Assembly (NCBI GenBank): GCA_020891255.1
Contig: BQFW01000004.1
Location: 1,302,001-1,366,000, forward strand
Direction: 5' to 3'
Source of the DNA: Entomortierella parvispora E1425
Taxonomy: Eukaryota > Fungi > Mortierellomycota
DNA: 64,000 nucleotides
Shown: in pieces, positions 55,941 through 64,000 of the stretch
How the letters are laid out: the number at the start of each line of letters is the position of its first letter
Position numbering within the stretch: position 1 is the stretch's first letter
Notes under the pieces: generated by a model
Database searches by the model: none
Told to the model about the DNA's origin: nothing
Seen by the model: only the letters and a program-made list of their open reading frames with translations
Position numbers and translations under genes: made by a program

Positions 55941-58564
55941 ATGGTTGTGCAAGTTGGCTTTAGCGATGTCCGCTACAGCGCCCTCAGTCATGCCACTCGT
56001 AAAAAACGAGTTCGGGCTATCATCTTTGCAATCTGCTTCTTCCTCATACTCTCTCTTATCTATATCCAGTCCTCTTTCTGGTCAAATGGTAAAAGTGATG
56101 TTGTCTACGCCGATTGTTCGATCCTCAACAAAGAACTCGACCAAAAAAAGAGAATTCTCGGCAAAAACTGGATCGTGGTGACAACTATCAATCAACCCAC
56201 TGAAGCGATGGATCTCCTCTGCAACCTCGAAGGATGGAACGTAGGTTGCGAAGGTCCTGTTCTCTTGTTGACGCACACACACTCTTTTCTAAACACTTTT
56301 TGTACTCGGATGTCGTAGGTGGTGGTTGTAGCTGACACAAAGTCACCCAAGGATTGGAAGTGTGGATCATGCGTGTACTTGTCTGTTGAGGACCAGTCGT
56401 GCCTGAGTTATGAAATCCATGACGCCCTTCCTTACAAGGCATACACTCGCAAGAACATTGGTTATCTCTGGGCTATTCAGCAAGGCGCCACGAAAATCTT
56501 TGATACCGATGGTAAATTATTCATGAAGGTCGAAATCCCTGTGTGCGAGAGTCTTGTCGCCATTCCATTCTGACAATAGAGAAAGAGAAAACTAACCAAT
56601 TGGCCCCGAACAGACGACAATCTCCCCAATGGCAAAGACATCATCCACGAGTCACCAACGGAAGGTGTTGTCGGTTATCGTAAAGTCAGCGGCACAGAGA
56701 GGAGCGTCAACATTTATTCCCACTTTGGACGGCCTGACATCTGGCCTCGTGGATTCCCTCTTGAAGAAATTGACGTTCGTCGTCCTGTTGCCTACCTTCC
56801 CGAGTACGATTCACTCTCTGAGCAAGCGAAAAGAGTGTTGGCCCCGCCCATGTTGATCCAACAGGGGCTCGCTGACTTGGATCCTGATGTAGATGCCATT
56901 TTCCGGTTAACCCAAGGACAGGAGCTGAAGAAGGCAAAGTTCTGTAAAAAGTCACCGTCCATCCGGCTGTCGCCAGGAACATTCAGCCCGTTCAATTCCC
57001 AGGTAAACTTAAAAAAACGAGAAAAAAAATAAGAGCCGGGAGAAAATTGGGCGAATCAAATGGTATGATCTTTCTCACCCTCACCTCCTGGATTGAAATA
57101 GAACACCCTCTTCTCTTACGACGCCTTCTGGGGCCTTGTTCTCCCAACAACAGGTAAGGAAACCCTTTCGATGTCGCTTTGACAAGGGATTCCAACTGTC
57201 TCTTCCTGTTCGTCAACTAATCACCTTCTTCAGTGTCTTTCCGAGTGTGTGACATCTGGCGTGGCTACTGGGTTCAGCGCTTGCTCTGGGATGTGGACGG
57301 ATCCCTTGGTTTCACCAAGCCGACTGTTGATCAGATTCGAAATGCTCACAACTACCTCGACGACTACATGGACGAACTTCAATTTTACAGTCAGACTTCC
57401 GATTTTATTGATTTTCTTGCTTCTTGGAAGTCCACATCAAAGTACCTCGAAACTCGTATAGTCGACTTGATGACGGCCATGGCTGACCGCAAGTTTATTG
57501 GAGTGGGCGATGTGAATCTTGCCAAACGTTGGATAAAAGACCTCAAGAACATGGGCTACGTCTTCCCTAAAGTATCAGGTTATGACCCTGTCACGTACTT
57601 GACCAGTCTCGCCGAATTCGAGGAGCCCCGCCTGAATGCTCAAAAATCTCGTCAACTCTCCAATTTGGCTTTGAAGGAATGTCAGTCGCAGGCCAATGTC
57701 GATCCCACCATGGCCAGTGTACAGATCACTGCGACCGGGGAGAGGGATTCACGGGAGCGGTTCAAGGATATTCTTTTAGTTGTCAACTTCAACCATCCAA
57801 CCTATGGTGCGATCAAGCCTTACCTTTCCATGTACGAGTCGTACTTCCCCAACATCAAGTTTTATGGTCCCGAGGTACCTGCCGAACTCAAGGACACTGT
57901 GACCGAGAATCCCTACGACGGCGGTGCTACCGGATATCGGTCTCTTGTCGATGCAATGGAGAAGTATCCAAACTACAAGGGTTACCTTTATACCAACGAC
58001 GATACGGTCTTGAATGTCTTTCAGATTGCAAAGTTTGACCAAGACAAAGTATGGAAGGAAGTTCCAAGTCTCGAGTATGCTATTCACGATCGCTCTAAAC
58101 CTCGTCCCGAAATCTGGCACCTGAACGCGCCGCCAGGGTTTGGTTTGCACATGTGGGACAAGCCAGAGACGGGGAGTATGTATGCTGACCCTACTTCGTT
58201 GACGGACGAGCAGCTGAAGCGAATTGCAGCCTTCACGAAAGTCGATGGACCAGTCGACATCCAGTCGTACGCTGACGCCGTGTATGTTCCAAGAAGGATT
58301 GCTGTGGAGCTGACCGATGTTCTTAAGCGATTCCTCAAGCACAATGTATTTTTGGAGTTGGGTGTTGGATTGGCGCTCGTCGCTGTGGAGCCAACTGAGA
58401 ACTGGGAGAGCTGGAAGGAGTCATACCTGTGGTTTGACGAGCGGGGGAGATGGCACGACTTCATGGTGCCTGGCGTGGGCATGATCCACCCAGTCAAAGT
58501 TTCAGGGAACCTTGCGGTAGTAAGAGCAGTTGTGAACTTTATCGAATCCGTCAATGTAGTATAG
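55941..58564 (+). CDS. STELLO-like (DUF288) putative glycosyltransferase, type II membrane protein; multi-exon
   Basis: N-terminal TM; WIVVTTINQPT, VVVADTKSPKDW, RKNIGYLWAIQQGA..IFDTD|DDN, IWPRGFPL, IQQGLADLDPDVDAIFRL, FRVCDIWRGYWVQRLLW; second domain with YLYTNDDTVLN. Confidence 0.88.
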
Positions 58565-58729
58565 AAAACTGAAAGGTCAGGCAAGAGAGAGGTTGAGATA
58601 GATGTATTAATAACGCATAGTATAATATTGATCTTGGAGCACACATACAAATGTATGGATTGTTTGTTTTTATTCTTCATTCTTCTTTGGATATAGTACA
58701 GGGTGGGAATTCAGTAATGTCTTCACGAG

Positions 58730-59602
58730 TTACGCGATGGTAGAGCTCCAGTCTCTGGCATGTTCGAAACCATTGGTGCCAGAATGGTAATCGCGAATGG
58801 TGCTGTAGATCTCTTCCTTGGAGTTCATGACGAATGGACCGTGTTGAACAATGGGTTCACGAAGAGGCTCGCCTGCAATCAGCACAAAGTGTGCACTCTC
58901 CTCCTTGGTCGTGATCTTGACAGTCTCTGCACCGTCCTCTGAGAATGTGAGAGTATGATGTGCCTCACCTTTGAAGGCGTTGTCACCGACAAAGATTGTG
59001 CCCTTGAGTGTGTAAATGAATCCTGTGAAAGATGCAGGGATGGTCTGGACCACGGTTTTGTTCTTGTCCATCTTGATGTCCAGGTACATGGTTGGTGTGC
59101 GGGTGTAGACCTGACTCGAGACACCGTGCGACTGTCCAGCAATGACCTTGATCTCAACGCCTTCTTCGGGTCGTGCCCTCTTGACTTCTTTGTCGAGGAG
59201 CTCTTGGTACTGTGGTTCACACATCTTGTGCTCCTTTGGCAAGTTGATCCAAAGCTGGAGTCCGTGGGCTCTCGTTTGGGACTTGACAGGCATCTCGGAG
59301 TGAACAATACCACGGCCAGCTGTCATCCACTGCAAGTCTCCAGGTCCGATGGTGCCCTTGTGGCCTGCAAAGTCTTCGTGCTGGAATTGACCTTCGAGCA
59401 TATAGGTCACAGTCTCAAAGCCGCGATGGGGGTGATCGGGAAAGCCGCCGTTTTTGTCGACATTGAACTCGTCCAGCATCAGGAAGGGATCGTGGTTTCG
59501 AAGTTCGGGTCTGCCAATGGATCGGCGGACCCGTGCACCGACACCTTCTGCTTGTTCACGAGAGAGAACGGCTCGCGTAATGGATCTTGAGGCGGCAGTC
59601 AT
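58730..59602 (-). CDS. Pirin (copy 2), intronless
   Basis: Same motifs as copy 1; long near-identical nucleotide blocks shared with 36497-37396. Confidence 0.95.
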   Translation of the reverse strand: MTAASRSITRAVLSREQAEGVGARVRRSIGRPELRNHDPFLMLDEFNVDKNGGFPDHPHRGFETVTYMLEGQFQHEDFAGHKGTIGPGDLQWMTAGRGIVHSEMPVKSQTRAHGLQLWINLPKEHKMCEPQYQELLDKEVKRARPEEGVEIKVIAGQSHGVSSQVYTRTPTMYLDIKMDKNKTVVQTIPASFTGFIYTLKGTIFVGDNAFKGEAHHTLTFSEDGAETVKITTKEESAHFVLIAGEPLREPIVQHGPFVMNSKEEIYSTIRDYHSGTNGFEHARDWSSTIA

Positions 59603-60026
59603 ATTGAGAGTGATGCTGTGGGGATGCGGGGTTGCTCTTGTTCGGGGAAGTATGAGGATAGAGTGGTAGCTGTAGCTGGTCTAAGAGTCTTGTGTAGGGT
59701 TGAGAATATGAAGATGTTGCTATTGCTGCTGTTTTTGCTGGTTTTTTTTTTTTTTTTTGAAGTAAAGTGAAGTTAAAGACGCACAAGGCTGTGCCTTTTT
59801 ATACATTTTTTCCTTCGGTCTTTTTGTTCTCTCGATCATGTCAGCGAAAGGCACATTCGCCCACAGAGTGACAAATTTCGTCCGAGTTGAGCGATTACTA
59901 AGCCACATTTGTCACTTGTTAAGACAGAGGTGACTGGAATTGTGGCTTGAAATATTCTACCTAGCTTCCAACGGCGCGAGGATTGTTTATTACGACAATC
60001 ATTTATCGGTGCTAACACAGCCTCAT

Positions 60027-62009
60027 TCATCCTTCACGAGAAGCCTTCACAGACCGGACGGATTCGCTCAAGAAGTCGCTTTTCCTGATTCCATCCCAAG
60101 TTCTAATCGCATACCGCAGCCTGAAGGAAGAAGGTCGTCAGTAAGGATTGCTAAAAACTACCGAGTTAGCAGCATCGACTGAATTCTTACCATTCACGCT
60201 CGGAAACCATGCCTGGCTTATTCCTAGGGCCAAGAGCTGGTCCGCCTTGAGGTCTCATCGAGATGGATAGAATCTTGTTCCTTAGGCCATTTACCCAAAC
60301 AGGCCAACGTTCTTGACTGCTTATCACACTTGAAAACGGATCCAGTAGAGGATGCTGCTTATAAATAGTTGTTGCAGAGGGTGCCAAGGAATTTTGACCG
60401 TGTAGGGTCATTGAAAGAGATGAAAACATAGATGACAGCGAGAGAGGTTGAGATGTCGATGTATCATTATCATCATCATCGTCATGATTTGATGGAGGGC
60501 GAGAAGAGTGGGATGCAAGTGAGTTGTCAAGCGGTAATATAACAAAATTGAGGTTCTTGGCGGATTGTGGTTCAGCTTCTTGTCCATTTGTCTGAGATTG
60601 ACCGTCTGCCCCGGGTATATTTTTTGTCGCCTCTTTGGATTCGATGGATGCAAATGCTTCTTCAAACTGCGAGAAAATGGATGCCATATGAATAGATCCA
60701 AACATTCGCAAGGCTGAGAATTTGCCCAGCTGAGCTATCTCCTCAGCACACTGTTTGTAATAACCTGGTCCGAACTTGGGGGCAGGGACAGAATTGGATA
60801 TCAAAACTATCGAAATAGGTAATAAGATATTAGTTAAGGCGCAATGCGGAGCATCTTTTGCAGTGAGTTGTGTCATTCTCCACGTACCGATATCAGCGCA
60901 ACCATCTCCTAATGTATACCGAAGGTGCTGCTCTGATTGCGCACCAGATTGCGCAGAGATTCCTGGTCCGTCATTTCCTGAATTGTTGCGAACGGCAGTA
61001 GAAAGTGTGTGCATGAACGTCTCTGCTTTCTGTAGTAGCTTAAGCATTCTGTGGTGACTCGTCCCAACTGAGGACTCGTCCATCATGACCAAGACCATAT
61101 TGCAGACGGATAGCAAAAACGTAGCCAGAATAAGCGCCTGCTGGTCCAGCCAAAGATCAACTGGTATGCCATCCGGCACTCGCTCATTCCGAAGCGCATT
61201 TTCGAGATTTGAGAGACTGAAGATTGGTTCTGTGTCGAGTAAAATCATACGTTCGGGAGTAACATACATATCAATCCCAAGCGTTTGGAACCCAGACACG
61301 CTCGCCATCTGAGGGGGCTGCTTTGAAAAGGCAGTTGACGCGTGAGGTGGACAAAGAGCAGAAAGCAGTGTTGATTTTCCGACACCAGGTCCTCCCAAGA
61401 TGCCAACAACAAAATGTCCTGGATGCTCAGATAGCCACTAATGACGAAAGCACAAGTCAGTCAGAATGCAGCACATATTGCAGACATTTTCTGCTTGAGA
61501 TATAAAAGATTACCTGCTCGGCAGTTTCGAGAACCTTGCCGTTCTCGTTCATCAGTTTCGTTGATTGTGGTCCCATTGCAGGAGGGATAGACACAAGAGG
61601 TTGGCCTTGCATAGGTCGTCCTCCAGCAGAGAGCGCTCCTCCCGCCGAATAAGGTCCATGACCAATACCTCCGACCATTTGAGACTCGCGAAGACCCGGT
61701 TGCGAGTAAGGGCCAGTGGAACCACGGAGGTTGAGGTGCTGCTGCGCTTGCTGCTGTAGTGAAACGTGAGCCTGCTGAGAGGTTTGTTGCTGAGCTGCAT
61801 GACCCGAGCTTGCCCCTTGCCAAGAGTACACTGTCCTTCCTGTAGGCACCTGTCTTCGACTATTTCCTTTGCTAGAATCCACCGCTAAAGAACCTCCACG
61901 GGCATCCACATCGTACAAATCCCCAGTTCTTCCCACCCCACTACCACTGCTTTGCGGGTTAGGTGGCATAGCTTGCCTTTGGAAGCTATTTGGATCCACG
62001 ATCACACGG

Positions 62010-62041
<32 letters not shown>

Positions 62042-62042
62042 C

Positions 62043-62124
<82 letters not shown>

Positions 62125-62971
62125 GCTGTTGTTGCTGCGACACTTGGCTTTCGGGCTGCTTCGATGACCGATCGCGCCTACTCTTTTCACGTTTCTCGCG
62201 TCGAGGCTTTATCTCCTTGGAGTCATTCTCTGGAAGGACTTTAGACTGTGTGATGGTGTCCATTGATTGCTGGAAGGGTGCCTGCTGTACGTGGGGTGCT
62301 ACTGGACCCTTCACGGACCCCGAGCGTTCTCGTCGAGAGGACGTTGATCCAGTCCCTGATCCAGCTCCGGGTCCCGAGCCACCTCTAGTAGATGCTACTT
62401 CGTCCTTATTCACTGACACACCTTCGAATCCGGGAGGCGGTGCCAAATAAGGTTGTTGTCCTCCTGCGGAAGGCACTGGTGTCAGAGGTATCATTCTTCC
62501 TATTTCCCTCTGCTGCTGCTGTTGTTGTTGTTGCTGCTGCTGTGAGTAAGGTTGATAATTGTACGCGCCATAAGACTGGTCGTACATGGCGTGTATCTGC
62601 TGATGTTGCGGTTGAGGAGAACCTCCGTCCCCTGCTCCTCCCGCGCTTTGTAGGGCGGACGCTGGTTGGATGAGTCCTGGACGACTATGACTCTGTGGGC
62701 CAGTGTTTGTGCTTCCACTGGCATTCCTGATACTTCCAGTCCCAGTATTTTCGCCTTCAGGATCCTGGGTTCGGGTCAGTAGTTTGAAGGCAACGGTTTG
62801 TGCCTGGCCGTGTCCTTGTCCTTGCGAGCCTCGTCCTTGAGAACCTTTGGAGCCATGACCACGACCGGATGCGCCTTGGCCCTGTCCTGAATTGTGGCGT
62901 GATGACGAGTTTCGGTGCATTGGGGTTAATGGTGCTGGACTGATTAGTCTAGCAGTTTGGGATGAAGACAA
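60027..62971 (-). CDS. SMG9: Nonsense-mediated decay factor SMG9-like P-loop protein with a long Q-rich N-terminus; multi-exon
   Basis: GILGGPGVGKSTLLS, FQTLGIDMYVTPERMILLDTEPIFS, FLLSVCNMVLVMMD, and C-terminal SEREW|LRYAIRTWDGIRKS. Confidence 0.85.
62012..62137 (-). repeat. Coding CAA/CAG repeat, about 42 Gln, including about 27 pure CAA units
   Basis: (ttg)n run 62045-62125 flanked by ctg/ttg units, in frame with SMG9. Confidence 0.95.
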
Positions 62972-63104
62972 AAGACAATTTCAGAGGCCATTGTTGAATG
63001 TCGACTTGCAGGACTGCACATTGTGAAAATACCGAATAAAATATAAATAACGCGATGTTTATTTTATTCAAGCTTAATGTTAGTATCGCAGGGCGCAGCA
63101 ACAA

Positions 63105-64000
63105 TCACCTGCTGCTACTTGACATTGTGTGGCTCGGGTTGGAGTGGGAGCCAAAATTGTTCATCTGATGCAGCTGCTGGTACACTGGGTGGCCACAGCT
63201 CTCCAAGAACTCGAGTGCCACCTGGGTCTGATCCACGGTCTTCATGTCGGGTGTTCTCTGGACCTTGAAGACACAGTCTTGCGCAAGTTGGATCCTCTTC
63301 TGTTTCCCGTCCCGGCCCTGCCAGTCCAGCAGCGTGTTCTTCAACAACGGTTTGGCGCTCTTGTCTGGACCTTCAGCCTTGGAACATAACTCACTCGCCT
63401 TCTTGAGTGAATCCGGTGCAGACGATAATAAGTCGTTTTCTAGCAAGAACCAGGCTGACAGTACCCTCAAGTTCTCAGCAGCGACCGCCAGAGCGTTCCT
63501 TCTGTTGCCGTTCTTGAGTCCTGGGTCCGCGCCGTAGAGCAGCATCATCTGTACAATCTCTTGGTTATCCATCTTTTCAAGGACTAAATGTAAGCTCGTC
63601 GACTTGCGCGAGTCCCTTGCGTTCACTTCTGCACCTTTTTTCAGCAAGAGCTCCATGACGGGCGCAGGCTCTTTGCAGTACAAGATTGCATAGTGCAGAG
63701 GTGTGCGGGCACATTGGTGATCAGCGACCCTCGTCTGAGCGCCAGCTTTGAAAAGATAACGCATGGCGTCAACCAAGATCTTTGTTGCGCCGATATGGGT
63801 ATTCTGGAGAAGAACCATCAAGGGGGTACGCTTCTTGGCATCTCGAGAATTGCAGTCTGCGCCAGACTTTAGCAAGAATTGAATAGCCTCAATTGGATTT
63901 GCGTACTGCTCGCATACAAAATGAAGAACTGTAGTTCCATTGTGATCGCCTCTGTCTAAGGCCGCCCCATACCGAATGAGAATTCGCATAGTTTCAATCG
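63105..64000 (-). CDS. Ankyrin-repeat protein (5' end outside the window)
   Basis: GTTVLHFVC, RTPLMVLL, RTPLHYA, STSLHLVL, RNALAVAA ankyrin repeats. Confidence 0.9.
   Translation of the reverse strand, partial: IETMRILIRYGAALDRGDHNGTTVLHFVCEQYANPIEAIQFLLKSGADCNSRDAKKRTPLMVLLQNTHIGATKILVDAMRYLFKAGAQTRVADHQCARTPLHYAILYCKEPAPVMELLLKKGAEVNARDSRKSTSLHLVLEKMDNQEIVQMMLLYGADPGLKNGNRRNALAVAAENLRVLSAWFLLENDLLSSAPDSLKKASELCSKAEGPDKSAKPLLKNTLLDWQGRDGKQKRIQLAQDCVFKVQRTPDMKTVDQTQVALEFLESCGHPVYQQLHQMNNFGSHSNPSHTMSSSSR

Noticed and set aside
61869-62450. Poly-Cys, poly-Leu, poly-Val and poly-Asn ORFs
   Set aside because: Alternative frames of the SMG9 CAA repeat.

Overview
Intron-rich fungal genomic DNA. 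Gene content, short GT-AG introns and long microsatellite/poly-A-rich intergenic tracts suggest an early-diverging fungus, probably Mortierellaceae (inference). About 21 protein-coding loci were reconstructed by hand: a substrate-binding-protein-like membrane protein resembling CBA1, a uridine-kinase-like protein, a PRM10/ThrE-type exporter, RPC11, RPL1, HIS1, mitochondrial HSP70 (SSC1, with a 1-nt frameshift), a Cys-less thioredoxin-like protein, a USP8-dimerisation-domain protein, RRP17, a PLD6/Zucchini-like enzyme, two pirin paralogues, an orphan ORF, a DH-PH-FYVE RhoGEF, CDC5L/CEF1, an App1-like phosphatase, a CaMK, a STELLO/DUF288 protein, SMG9 with a ~42-Q tract, and an ankyrin protein. 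The stand-out is 1-4133 (minus strand): one spliced gene model of about 1,260 or more codons, with four introns. It joins an N-terminal XPG/FEN1-family (PIN-like + H3TH) 5'-nuclease to a C-terminal Fanzor/TnpB-type RuvC nuclease. The RuvC D-E-D triad and Cys4 zinc finger are intact, and their last two thirds lie in an exon that the ORF track does not show. The N-terminal half of this copy carries stops and frameshifts. The 3' end, where an omegaRNA would be expected, lies outside the window. No rRNA, tRNA or CRISPR array was recognised.
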